This document shows, piece by piece, positions 48,270 to 57,119 of a stretch of DNA of 64,000 nucleotides; position 1 is the stretch's first letter; each line of letters begins with the position of its first letter. A program made the position numbers and the translations under genes. The DNA is from an uncultured Acidimicrobiaceae bacterium (GTDB lineage: Bacteria; Actinomycetota; Acidimicrobiia; Acidimicrobiales; Ilumatobacteraceae). Below the pieces are notes generated by a model, which searched no databases, was not told where the DNA came from, and was given only the letters and a program-made list of their open reading frames with translations. The DNA is taken from NCBI GenBank assembly GCA_963847775.1, contig CAWKAY010000015.1, forward strand, positions 30,894 to 94,893. The letters are read 5' to 3'.

Positions 48270-48413
48270 ATGGTGAAGCTGCTGCGTCGCGTGCTGGCGG
48301 CACTCGTCATGGCCGGGGTCGCGGCTGCGGGGATCAGGCTCAAGGGCAGCGGAGGCGTACCGCCGCAGCACGGTGGCTGGCGCCCCCTCGAGCTCCCGCC
48401 CGATCGACCGTGA
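48270..48413 (+). CDS. Candidate 47-aa membrane peptide (below the ORF-track cutoff)
   Basis: MVKLLRRVLAALVMAGVAAAGIRLKGSGGVPPQHGGWRPLELPPDRP. Its TGA overlaps the GTG of the next gene (GTGA). Confidence 0.3.
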   Translation: MVKLLRRVLAALVMAGVAAAGIRLKGSGGVPPQHGGWRPLELPPDRP

Positions 48414-49360
48414 CGCGTGTGGCGCACGAGCCGACGGTGCACATCGTCGGCCGTGGGATCGTCGCACGACGGTTGCATCGAATGATCGCCGACCGTCAGG
48501 TCATCGTGCACGATCCCCATTGGGCCGATGTGGGTGGGGTGTCCGAGGGCGACGTGGTGGTACTGGCCCAGGGTGGTCCTCATGCCCACCAGGTGCCGGG
48601 GCTGCTCGCTCGAGCGTTGCACGTGATCACGGTCGGTGAAGGGCTCGACGACACCCGCGACCTGCTCGAGACCGACCTCGCGGCGGCGGCCGCCGGGGTC
48701 ACGCTCGTCGTCGGCGCCGCCATGTCGCCAGGGTTGTCGGGTCTCCTCGCACGTCATCTTGCCGATCAGCTCGTCGTCGTCGACGAGATCCACGTGGCGA
48801 TTCACGGCACGGCTGGTCCGGCGTGTGCCCGGGCACACCACCGATCGTTGAGCGGCCGCTCGCTGGGCTGGCACGACGGGTCGTGGGCCGAGTACGTCGG
48901 AGGCAGCGGACGGGAGCTGTGCTGGTTCCCCGAACCGATCGGGGCGAAGGACTGCTATCGGGCCGGGATCGCCTCGCCGTTGCTGCTGCTGCGAACCTTC
49001 CCGGACGCCGAGCGCATCAGCGTGCGTCGATCGGCTCGCCGCCGGGATCGCCTCACGGCCTGGCTCCCGATGCTCCGGCCGCCCCACCCCGAAGGCGGGA
49101 CGGGCGGTTTGCGCGTCGAGGTGCGTGGCGCCGACGCGACCGGTGGGCGTCAGTGCCTGATCGCCGGTGTCGCCGAACTGGTCGGTACGTCCGCGGCAGC
49201 GACCGCGGCGGCGTTCGTCGCGGCCCTCATCGAACGCGAGCTGCCCACGGGCGTCGTGATCCCGAGCGACGCGGCCCTCGACACCATCCGGCTCCTGCAT
49301 CGCGTGGAGTCGTTCGGAGTTCGCCTGCAGGAGTTCACCGGGGTTCCGCAACCGAGCTGA
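48410..49360 (+). CDS. NAD(P)-binding, saccharopine-dehydrogenase-like protein (tentative)
   Basis: 316 aa. VHIVGRGIVARRL N-terminal dinucleotide-fold-like start. No stronger motif recognised. Confidence 0.5.
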   Translation: MTRVAHEPTVHIVGRGIVARRLHRMIADRQVIVHDPHWADVGGVSEGDVVVLAQGGPHAHQVPGLLARALHVITVGEGLDDTRDLLETDLAAAAAGVTLVVGAAMSPGLSGLLARHLADQLVVVDEIHVAIHGTAGPACARAHHRSLSGRSLGWHDGSWAEYVGGSGRELCWFPEPIGAKDCYRAGIASPLLLLRTFPDAERISVRRSARRRDRLTAWLPMLRPPHPEGGTGGLRVEVRGADATGGRQCLIAGVAELVGTSAAATAAAFVAALIERELPTGVVIPSDAALDTIRLLHRVESFGVRLQEFTGVPQPS

Positions 49361-49934
49361 CGCCGCCGGTGACCGCCCCATCGGGGTGGTCTGTTTCCGC
49401 AGGATCAGCGGCCTGGTGGTCGTCGAGCGCCACGTCGATCCGATCGATCCCGTCCATCCGGGCGGCGAGTCGCTCGATCGCCTTGGTCAGCTCCTCGAGT
49501 TGGTCGTGCAGCTCCTCGCCGGTGACGACGTCGGCGAGCGCGAGCCGCACGCCGGCGATCTCGCGGGCGAGGAACTCGGTGTCGGCCTGGGTGCGCTCGG
49601 CGACCTCGCGGTCCTGCTCGGCGGTGATCCGGTCGCGTCGTTCCTGCCTGGCCTGGGCGAGCAGGATCAGCGGAGCGGCGTACGAGGCCTGCAGCGACAG
49701 CACGAGGGTGAGCAGGACGAGGCCGCGGCCCCAAGGGTCGAACTGCCAGGAGTTCGGCGGCAAGATGTTGAGGCCGAGCCAGACGATGATCACGATCGTC
49801 TGCCAGACCAGGAAGCGGGCAGTTCCGAGGTATCGCGCGATCGATTCGCTGAACCTGCCGAACGCCTCGGCGTCGTAGGAGACGTCGAATCGGCTCCGAC
49901 GACGCGGTTGGGTGAGCTCCTTGCGGCGCTTCAC
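49335..49934 (-). CDS. DUF1003 membrane protein
   Basis: GTGA overlap with the upstream stop. FGRFSESIARYLGTARFLVWQTIVIIVWLGLN...LQASYAAPLILLAQ. Confidence 0.75.
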   Translation of the reverse strand: MKRRKELTQPRRRSRFDVSYDAEAFGRFSESIARYLGTARFLVWQTIVIIVWLGLNILPPNSWQFDPWGRGLVLLTLVLSLQASYAAPLILLAQARQERRDRITAEQDREVAERTQADTEFLAREIAGVRLALADVVTGEELHDQLEELTKAIERLAARMDGIDRIDVALDDHQAADPAETDHPDGAVTGGVSSVAEPR

Positions 49935-51199
49935 GGCCGGCCGGCCGCCTGCTCGGCCGGTGCCGTGACGGCTCCGTCCTGGCGGCGGTGGCGCAGCCGC
50001 CACCCGGCTCCCAGCATTCGGTCGACGACGTCGTCGACGCTGACCGCGCCGAGGAAATGCCCGGCGTCGTCGACGACGGCGACCGCCAGCATGTCATAGG
50101 AGGCGAACTCCTCGAAGACGGCCCGGTCGGTGGTGTCGGGGCCGACAGTCGCCACGTCGCGTGCGATGCAGTGGCGCAGTTCCATGCTCGGCGGTTCGCG
50201 CAAGAGACGCTGCATGTAGACGACGCCCAGGAACTTGCCGGTCGGCGGCTTGAACGGGGCCTGGGTGATGAACACCTGGCCGGCGATGCTCGGAGTCCAG
50301 TCGGGGTCGCGGATCTGGGCGAGCGCCTCCGCGACCGTGGCGGTCGGGCCGAGGATGATCAGTTCGGGCGTCATCATGCCGCCGGCCGTCGCCTCTTCGT
50401 ACGACAACAGGCGCGTCAGGACCTCGGCCTCGTCCTCGTCCATGGCGGCGAGGATCGCCACGCGCTGCTGCTGGGGCATCTCACCCAGCAGGTCGGCGAG
50501 GTCGTCGTACTCCATCTCGTCGAGCACGCCGATCAACCGGTCGAGATCGAGTCCTTCGATGAGTCGGAGCTGCTCGGTCTCGGGCAGCTCCTCGAGCACG
50601 TCGGCGAGGCGTTCGTCGTCCATCGAGGCGGCCAGCTGGCGACGCTGGGCCAGCGGCATCGACCGCACGATGTTGGCGACGTCGGAGGGATGCATGTCGC
50701 GGAGGCGGGCGGCCTCGGCGGCCATCGCGGTGGTGTTGGCGAACAGCTGCGGCACTTCGTCCCAGTCGACGAGCCGGTAGCTGGGTCGACGCCGCAGCGT
50801 GCTCCGGCGAGCCAGCCGCACCTTCGCGACGGTCCACCAGCGGGTACGGCCGTCGCTGGCCTCGATCAACCCGATGTCGCTCACACGTTCGCCGTCGTCG
50901 AGGTGTTGGTCGATGATCTCGTGACCGATCAACGTCTCGCCGGGCCGGGGCTTGAACGGATTCAGATCGACGTCCCAGCTGCGCAAACGGACACCGTCGC
51001 TGTCGAGTTCGGCGATGCGTGCGGAGTTCACGAAGATGCGCCGCCGCTGGCTCGAGGCCACGAATCCGACCACTCGGGGTGGTTGACCGGCGCGACCCGG
51101 CACGGCGACGAGATCGTCGATCTTGCCGATCTCGGCGCCGCCCGCGTCGAGCAGCGGGAGACGCATCACTCGGAACGCGTAGATCACCTCCCCTGCCAT
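49931..51199 (-). CDS. MgtE N-terminal domain plus CBS pair protein (no transporter TM domain)
   Basis: 422 aa. DVANIVRSMPLAQRRQL..LEELPETEQLRLIEGL..MMTPELIILGPTATVAEAL. Confidence 0.8.
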   Translation of the reverse strand: MAGEVIYAFRVMRLPLLDAGGAEIGKIDDLVAVPGRAGQPPRVVGFVASSQRRRIFVNSARIAELDSDGVRLRSWDVDLNPFKPRPGETLIGHEIIDQHLDDGERVSDIGLIEASDGRTRWWTVAKVRLARRSTLRRRPSYRLVDWDEVPQLFANTTAMAAEAARLRDMHPSDVANIVRSMPLAQRRQLAASMDDERLADVLEELPETEQLRLIEGLDLDRLIGVLDEMEYDDLADLLGEMPQQQRVAILAAMDEDEAEVLTRLLSYEEATAGGMMTPELIILGPTATVAEALAQIRDPDWTPSIAGQVFITQAPFKPPTGKFLGVVYMQRLLREPPSMELRHCIARDVATVGPDTTDRAVFEEFASYDMLAVAVVDDAGHFLGAVSVDDVVDRMLGAGWRLRHRRQDGAVTAPAEQAAGRP

Positions 51200-51433
51200 G
51201 CAGCGCAGGTTACCCCTGGACGTGGCTCGGCCGAGGGTGGCTGCGCGCGCAGCTCGGCACCTGCACTGCCGTCAGATCGGCTGCGGGCGCTTCGACGAGG
51301 TGGGCGTCCCGGTCGCAGGGTCGGGGTCGGAGCGGGACGAACCGATCGTCGACGTGTTCGAAACGAGCGAACGCCCTCTCCTGGGTGGGCTCCGTCACGT
51401 TGCCGTCGTGATGAGGTCACCGGGCGAGGGCGA

Positions 51434-53491
51434 TCAGGCACGTTCGATCTGAACGAGGGTGTCGCTGTAGGCGACGCCGCCACCCCACTCGGTGAGGGTG
51501 TCGTTGGTGAGGCTGTTGGCGACCTTGCCGTCGGGGTGATGGTCGCGCCACCACCCCCAGGGGATGGCTGCGAGCCCGGGACGGAGGCGTTCGGTGATCC
51601 TGACAGGGACCTCGACGCTCGCTCGATCGTTGAAGACGCGGGCGCAGTCGCCCTCGCCGATCCCGCGGGCCTCGGCATCCGATGCGTCGAGCTCGACGAA
51701 CGGCCCGCCCTCGGCCGGGCCGTGCTTGGGGAGATGCGAGTAACCCGAGTTGAGGAAGCGGGTGTGGTGCTTGGGCGTCATCAGCTGGAGTGGGAAGCGG
51801 GCGGCGAGTGGACCGGAGGGACCCTCGCGTGGCGGCACGAAGGTCGGTAGGGCGGGTTGGCCCATCCGCTCGAGTCGGCGTGAGACGAACTCGACCTTGC
51901 CCGACTCGGTCGGGAAACCGCCGTCGGCCCACGGTGTCCCCGATTCGGGAAACGGCACCTTGATCCAGCCGTCTCGGCGGAGCGCTTCGAGGTCGACCGT
52001 CGGCAGCGAGTCGCGCAGCACGGTCAGATCGTCGTCGAAGAGCGACGGCTCGGTGAGACCCATCGCACCGGCGATCCGTCGGAAGCACTCGCTGTTGCTG
52101 ACGGCTTCGCCGAGCGGCTCGATGGCGGCCTCGTTCCAGCCCATCCACAAGTGACCCCAGGCCGGCGACACGTCGTTGGCCTCGATGTGGGTCGTGGCGG
52201 GAAGCACGATGTCGGCGTACTTCGCGGTGTCGGTCAGGAACTGCTCGTGCACGACGGTGAACAGATCGGCGCGCGCCATACCGGTTCGTGCCCGCTCGGC
52301 GTTCGGCACGATGACCAGCGGGTTGGAGTTCCAGACGATCATCGCCCGAACCGGTGGGTGCTCGTCGAGCAGGATTTCGCCGAGCCGGCTCATGTTCAAC
52401 GTGCGCACGGCACGACCGGCGAGCAGATCGGGTCGTGCCAGAGCGGCTTCGTCGACGAGTTGGTCCTGCCAGGAGCCGACACTGCGGAACAACCCGCCGC
52501 CACGGTCGCGCCACCCGCCGGTCAGGGCAGGCAGGCAGGCGATCGTGCGGAAGAACATCGCCCCGTTCTCGTGGTGCTCGGCGCCGATCAGGGTGCGGAT
52601 CGCAGCCGGTCGAATCGTGGCGTAGTCATGGGCCAATGCCTCGATCACCTCGGGTTCGATGCCACACGCCGCAGCGGCGTGTTCGGGCGTCCACTCGGCG
52701 ACCGCCCCCGCCAGCTCGTCGAACCCGAGCGTGTGGGCCTCGACCCACTCGCGATCGAGCAGATCGTCACGGATGATCACGTGCATCATCGCCAGCATCA
52801 TGGCGATGTCGGTTCCCGGGAGTGGTTGGACGAACTGATCGGCCTCCGCCGCCGTGATCGTGCGGATGGGGTCGATGACGACGAGCTTGGCGCCCTCGCC
52901 GCGCGCCCGCTCGATGACGGGCCAGAGATGTCGGTTCGTGAGTCGGGTGTTGGTTGCCCACAGGATGATCAACCGCGAATGCTCGAGATCCATCGCATCG
53001 CCCCCGAGCGAGGAGCCGTTGGTCATCGCGACCCCTGCGCCGACGGTCGGACCACAGATGTTGCGGAGCAGTCGGGTGGCTCCGACGTGGTGGAAGAACC
53101 GCGACGAGATCCCCTGGGTGGCGAGGATGCTCTGATTGCCGGCGTCGCTGAACGGCATGACGGCCTCGCCGCCGTAGTCGTCGATGATGCGGTTGAGCCG
53201 CTCGCCGATCTCGTCGAGCGCGACGTCCCAGGAGATCTGCTCGAAGTGCCCACTGCCCTTCGGGCCGGTGCGACGGAGCGGATGCAGGATGCGGTCAGGT
53301 GAGTAGACGCGGTCGAGGAACCGGTTGACCTTCGGGCACAACTCGCCGTAGCTGTACGGGTGCTCGGGGTTGCCGCGCAACGTGACGGCGACGCGGTCGT
53401 GCGCATCGCCGTCCACCGTGACGGTCCAGCCGCACGAATCCGGGCAGTCGTGGTGGCAGGTCCCGTTGACGGTCGAACTCATGATCGACAT
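51434..53491 (-). CDS. Molybdopterin (bis-MGD) oxidoreductase, cytoplasmic type
   Basis: 685 aa. N-terminal CHHDCPDSCG Fe-S motif and no Tat signal. Confidence 0.85.
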   Translation of the reverse strand: MSIMSSTVNGTCHHDCPDSCGWTVTVDGDAHDRVAVTLRGNPEHPYSYGELCPKVNRFLDRVYSPDRILHPLRRTGPKGSGHFEQISWDVALDEIGERLNRIIDDYGGEAVMPFSDAGNQSILATQGISSRFFHHVGATRLLRNICGPTVGAGVAMTNGSSLGGDAMDLEHSRLIILWATNTRLTNRHLWPVIERARGEGAKLVVIDPIRTITAAEADQFVQPLPGTDIAMMLAMMHVIIRDDLLDREWVEAHTLGFDELAGAVAEWTPEHAAAACGIEPEVIEALAHDYATIRPAAIRTLIGAEHHENGAMFFRTIACLPALTGGWRDRGGGLFRSVGSWQDQLVDEAALARPDLLAGRAVRTLNMSRLGEILLDEHPPVRAMIVWNSNPLVIVPNAERARTGMARADLFTVVHEQFLTDTAKYADIVLPATTHIEANDVSPAWGHLWMGWNEAAIEPLGEAVSNSECFRRIAGAMGLTEPSLFDDDLTVLRDSLPTVDLEALRRDGWIKVPFPESGTPWADGGFPTESGKVEFVSRRLERMGQPALPTFVPPREGPSGPLAARFPLQLMTPKHHTRFLNSGYSHLPKHGPAEGGPFVELDASDAEARGIGEGDCARVFNDRASVEVPVRITERLRPGLAAIPWGWWRDHHPDGKVANSLTNDTLTEWGGGVAYSDTLVQIERA

Positions 53492-53546
53492 CGTACGACG
53501 CCCGCGCGCTCCGCTCTGGCGGAAGTTCAGGGGACCGATCGCGCCG

Positions 53547-53572
53547 GGTTTCCACCCGATCGCAGCGGGTAC
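53547..53572 (+). promoter_or_regulatory. SigF/SigB-type promoter GGTTT-N15-GGGTAC upstream of csbD
   Basis: GGTTT at 53547-53551 and GGGTAC at 53567-53572, 38 nt before ATG 53611. Confidence 0.6.
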
Positions 53573-53610
53573 ACCCGAGTGGATACATCCGAACCATGAG
53601 AGGAGTCCAC

Positions 53611-53805
53611 ATGAGTGGAAAGATCGATCAGTGGAAGGGGCGCCTGAAGCAGGCCGCCGGTGATCTCACCGGTGACGACGAGCTCGAGTCCGAAGGCGAG
53701 CACGACGAGGCGGCGGGCAAGCTGAAGGACAAGGTCGACGACGTCAAGGACGGCGTGAACGACGCGATCGACGGCGTCAGGCGCACGATCGACGGCGACC
53801 GGTGA
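53611..53805 (+). CDS. CsbD family stress protein
   Basis: GAGAGGAG RBS. Reads MSGKIDQWKGRLKQAAGDLTGDDELESEGEHDEAAGKLKDKV. Confidence 0.85.
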   Translation: MSGKIDQWKGRLKQAAGDLTGDDELESEGEHDEAAGKLKDKVDDVKDGVNDAIDGVRRTIDGDR

Positions 53806-53947
53806 CGCCGCCCCTGTGACATCTCGAGCCGTCGGGGTCCGCCCCGGCGGCTTGGTTGTCGCGCGCGAGGTGGAACGATGGATGCGATTGGGCGCACCAG
53901 GTGTGCCGGTCAGGGGTTCCGGGCGGGCCCACGGGCGATCGGTGCCG

Positions 53948-54250
53948 TCAATCGACGTTCAGGTACTCGTCGACACCGCTGATGGCGAAGAGGCGACGGA
54001 CGGCTTCCGACGGATTCACGAGGCGAAGCACGCGCTTCGCGTCGTTGGCGCGCTGATGCGCGTCGATGAGCACTCGTAGCCCGCTGGAATCCACGAACTC
54101 GACGCCCGAGAGATCGAGCATGACCACCTGATGGTCGACACCGGCGAGCGCGCCGGCGAGGGTCGGCGCAGTGTGAGCATCGATCTCACCCGCCACGGAG
54201 AACCCACCGTCGATCGGCGTGATCCGGAGCAGATCGTCAGATCCGTTCAT
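53948..54250 (-). CDS. STAS-domain anti-sigma-factor antagonist
   Basis: 100 aa. VVMLDLSGVEFVDSSGLRVLIDAHQRA. Confidence 0.8.
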   Translation of the reverse strand: MNGSDDLLRITPIDGGFSVAGEIDAHTAPTLAGALAGVDHQVVMLDLSGVEFVDSSGLRVLIDAHQRANDAKRVLRLVNPSEAVRRLFAISGVDEYLNVD

Positions 54251-54441
54251 GCGGGCACTGTATCCGGTCCGGGGTGATCGACCCGCTGCGTGTGATGTCG
54301 GCGATGTGGCGAGATCGTGGGGATGGGATGATCCGTCGCGGCCGAGGGTGGCAACCATGGTCGGGAATCTAGGGCCGGACGCGAACGATCCGGCGCCGCG
54401 ACGAGTGTCACGACGCCGGATCACCCGATCGGGCGACGCAT

Positions 54442-54744
54442 TCAGGCGGCGCGGTGGATGTTGGTGGGCGACGCCGCCGTCTGAGTGTCGCGACTGCTCG
54501 AACGGCGCCGGCGGATCACCAGGGTGATCGCCGCCGCGGTCAGCACGAGCGCTGCGACCGTGATGAAGGACCGCGAACGAGTCCGCGGGGAATCGACTCC
54601 CGGGAGCTTCTGGGTGAGTCGAGAGGCCACGGAGCTCGCTCGGTCGACCAGCTCGGATGTGTCGAACGGACCGGCGTCGACGAGTGCGGGAATCGACGGC
54701 AGGTCGAGGTTGGGCAGTGTGATCTCGCTGAAGGTGGTGCTCAT
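54442..54744 (-). CDS. Hypothetical protein with a C-terminal TM anchor
   Basis: GAGAGGA RBS between stop 54756 and ATG 54744. FITVAALVLTAAAITLVIRRRR. Confidence 0.5.
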   Translation of the reverse strand: MSTTFSEITLPNLDLPSIPALVDAGPFDTSELVDRASSVASRLTQKLPGVDSPRTRSRSFITVAALVLTAAAITLVIRRRRSSSRDTQTAASPTNIHRAA

Positions 54745-54755
54745 GGGGTCCTCTC

Positions 54756-54830
54756 TCAGATCCGGCGCCTGCCGAAGATGAACAGCAGGAGCGCGATGAT
54801 GGCCAGGACGATGAAGATCGTGTACAGCAT
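54756..54830 (-). CDS. Candidate 24-aa hydrophobic peptide MLYTIFIVLAIIALLLFIFGRRRI
   Basis: ATG 54830 lies 9 nt downstream of a GGGTAC -10 element. Followed by an RBS-preceded gene. Confidence 0.4.
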   Translation of the reverse strand: MLYTIFIVLAIIALLLFIFGRRRI

Positions 54831-54839
54831 GCGACCCGA

Positions 54840-54866
54840 GTACCCGGCTGCTCCCCGAGCCAAACC
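54840..54866 (-). promoter_or_regulatory. SigF/SigB-type promoter GGTTT-N16-GGGTAC, 9 nt from the ATG (leaderless geometry)
   Basis: On the minus strand, GGTTT at 54866-54862 and GGGTAC at 54845-54840. Confidence 0.55.
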
Positions 54867-54895
54867 TGCTGGTGCTCCACTAGCGTGATCGGTCC

Positions 54896-55276
54896 ATGCC
54901 CGAACACATCGACGTCGATCTCCCGCTGAGCCTCCGCCACGCGTCGACCGTGCGCGCCGTCGCCGTCGCCCTGGGCGCCGATGCCGGGTTCTCCGTCGAC
55001 GACATCGACGATCTCCGTCTCGGGGTGAACGAGGCGGTCTCCGTGCTGTCCGACACCGAGTCGGACCCACCGCCGGGCGCGCGGCTGGTCGTGCGATTCG
55101 ACATCGGAGAGCGTGTCGTGAGCGTGCGCGTGTCCCGTCACGGCGTCGACGAACCGGTCGGCGAGCTCGATGTCCTGGCCAGTCGGATCCTCACCGCGGT
55201 CGTCGACGAGTTCGAGGTCGACGCCGGGGGAGCGTTCACGATCGTCAAGCGCGCCGTCGGCGATGTCGTCCGCTGA
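54896..55276 (+). CDS. Anti-sigma factor of the UsfX/RsbW type
   Basis: 126 aa. DDIDDLRLGVNEAVSVL resembles M. tuberculosis UsfX DAVADLRLAVDEVCTRL. Lies directly upstream of the sigma gene. Confidence 0.7.
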   Translation: MPEHIDVDLPLSLRHASTVRAVAVALGADAGFSVDDIDDLRLGVNEAVSVLSDTESDPPPGARLVVRFDIGERVVSVRVSRHGVDEPVGELDVLASRILTAVVDEFEVDAGGAFTIVKRAVGDVVR

Positions 55277-55308
55277 CGCGACGGTGCCGGTGCGAGCAGA
55301 CGGTCGTC

Positions 55309-56073
55309 ATGGCAGCCACTGATTCGTCGGAATTGTTCGAGGAGTTCAAACGATCGGGGCGGCGTCGTGTCCGCAATCAGATCGTGGAGCAGCACATGGG
55401 GCTGGCCGTGCACATCGCCAAGCGGTTCAACTCGTCGTCCGGGCGCGACGACGACATCGAGCAGGTGGCGATGGTGGCGCTCGTGAAGGCGGTTGATCGC
55501 TTCGATCCCGATCTCGGTGTGCCGTTCTCGGCGTTCGCCGGGCGCACGATCGAGGGCGAGATCAAGCGCCATTTTCGAGACGCCACGTGGGCGATCAAGG
55601 TGCCCCGTGGCGCGAAGGAGCTGCATCTGGCCGTTCGGCGCGCGAACGACGAGCTCTCCGCGCGTCTGGGTCGCTCACCGTCGGTCGCGGAGGTGGCCAC
55701 CCATCTCGATGTCGATCGTGACGATGTGATCACGGGCCTTGCCGCCGGGGAAGCGCGACGGGTCGGCACGATCGATCCCGGGCCAGGCGACGACGAGATG
55801 GCCGGCGATCGTCGGTCCGTCATCGCATCGGGAGAATCGGGTTTCGGTGATGTCGAGAACACGACCGTGGTCGAGGAGCTCCTGGCGAAGCTTCCCGAAC
55901 GCGAACGCGAGATCGTTCGACTGCGCTTCTACGAGGAGATGTCACAGTCGGACATCGCCGAGCGCGTGGGTGTCTCGCAGATGCATGTGTCGAGGTTGTT
56001 GCGCAAAGCCTTCGATGTGCTGCGCAACGAGTACATCGGTGACGAAACGGGTGCCGCAAGCGAGATCGTCTGA
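55309..56073 (+). CDS. sigF: SigB/F/G-family (group 3) RNA polymerase sigma factor
   Basis: 254 aa. MVALVKAVDRFDPDLGVPFSAFAGRTIEGEIKRHFRD ... MSQSDIAERVGVSQMHVSRLLRKA. Confidence 0.85.
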   Translation: MAATDSSELFEEFKRSGRRRVRNQIVEQHMGLAVHIAKRFNSSSGRDDDIEQVAMVALVKAVDRFDPDLGVPFSAFAGRTIEGEIKRHFRDATWAIKVPRGAKELHLAVRRANDELSARLGRSPSVAEVATHLDVDRDDVITGLAAGEARRVGTIDPGPGDDEMAGDRRSVIASGESGFGDVENTTVVEELLAKLPEREREIVRLRFYEEMSQSDIAERVGVSQMHVSRLLRKAFDVLRNEYIGDETGAASEIV

Positions 56074-56398
56074 TCGGAACGAACCTTCGACGTCGGCGCC
56101 GAGCGTCGCTCTCGACGCGGTCGCCATCGTCGCCGGAACCTGGACCTCGGCGGTCGCGTCGGCCGCATTGGCCGCGTCGACGTTGGAGGGCGGTCGGCCC
56201 CGCGCTCGGTGAGCGTCGCCGACACGGTCTCGGTCCCGTGGCCGGTGTGTGGCCGGGTCGTGACGTACGGGTCGGTCATGTCCGCTCCGCTGCCCAAAGA
56301 TCGAGAACCCACCGGTGACCCCGTCACGCAGACGAGTGAGCAGGTCGCCCGTCAGCACGGCCCGGACATCGTCGAGACGACTGAAGCGGCCGCCGGCG

Positions 56399-57103
56399 TC
56401 AGATCGTGTCGGAGTCCGGGTCGTCCTCGGATGTGATCGGAGGCACGTCGGGCGGCCGTTCGGCAACCGGTACGGCGTAGACCACGATGTTGTGCTCGTA
56501 GCGGCGGATGCTTCGATTGAAGTCGCCGCCGCAGGTGATGAGGACGAGCGTCTCCTCGCCCGTCGTGCGCCAGATCCGGTCTCGCGGGAGCTCGTCCTTG
56601 AGGTACATCGTGCGCTCGATCACCTCGTAGGTCCGCACCGAGTCGTCCTCGAGCACGACGTCGACGGTGGCGCCCGGATCGAGCGAACCGAGCTGGTGGA
56701 ACGGGCCGATCGAACCGTTCCACGATACGTGAGCGGCGAGGACGGTGGCGCCCGGCAGGCCGGGCGCGGACCCGTATCGGTACCAACCGATCTCGGTCGC
56801 GTCGGGAATCTCCAGCTCGCCGTCGTCCTCGATGCCGACCGAACGGACCTCACCCTCGAGCTGGAGGTCACCGATCAGGAGTCCGCTCGGTGAGGTCCGC
56901 TCCACGGCCGATGCGTCGATCTCGATGGTGTCCGGGGTGACGGCGGCGCTGGCGGGGTCGACATCGAGCACGACCCCGCCGTCGTCGAAGTGGTCACGGA
57001 CCGCCATCGCACCCGCGACGCCGGCGACCACGACACCCACGACCGCGACGAAGCCGAGCAGTCGTTGCAGACCGCTCGATCGGCGTCGTCGGTGTCTGAC
57101 CAT
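56399..57103 (-). CDS. Sortase (class E/F-like), membrane anchored
   Basis: TM segment LLGFVAVVGVVVAGVAGA. His region VLAAHVSW, TLxTC motif LVLITCGG, and a downstream R. Confidence 0.85.
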   Translation of the reverse strand: MVRHRRRRSSGLQRLLGFVAVVGVVVAGVAGAMAVRDHFDDGGVVLDVDPASAAVTPDTIEIDASAVERTSPSGLLIGDLQLEGEVRSVGIEDDGELEIPDATEIGWYRYGSAPGLPGATVLAAHVSWNGSIGPFHQLGSLDPGATVDVVLEDDSVRTYEVIERTMYLKDELPRDRIWRTTGEETLVLITCGGDFNRSIRRYEHNIVVYAVPVAERPPDVPPITSEDDPDSDTI

Positions 57104-57119
57104 CGTCGAATCCGTGCCG

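Noticed and set aside
51210-51398. 62-aa minus-strand ORF between the MgtE-N/CBS gene and the molybdoenzyme gene
   Set aside because: Third-position G/C is only intermediate, there is no RBS and no recognisable family. It is left unannotated.
54251-54330. SigF-type promoter upstream of the STAS gene (GGATAC 9 nt before the ATG)
   Set aside because: The -10 has a mismatch and no GTTT-like -35 lies at 15-17 nt, so it is too weak to call.
56074-56398. Possible gene in the 325-bp gap between sigF and the sortase
   Set aside because: Several frames on both strands show coding-like third-position bias. No frame has both a start and a stop within the gap, and the minus-strand candidates would overlap sigF by more than 100 bp. 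It may be another degraded gene, but this is not supportable.
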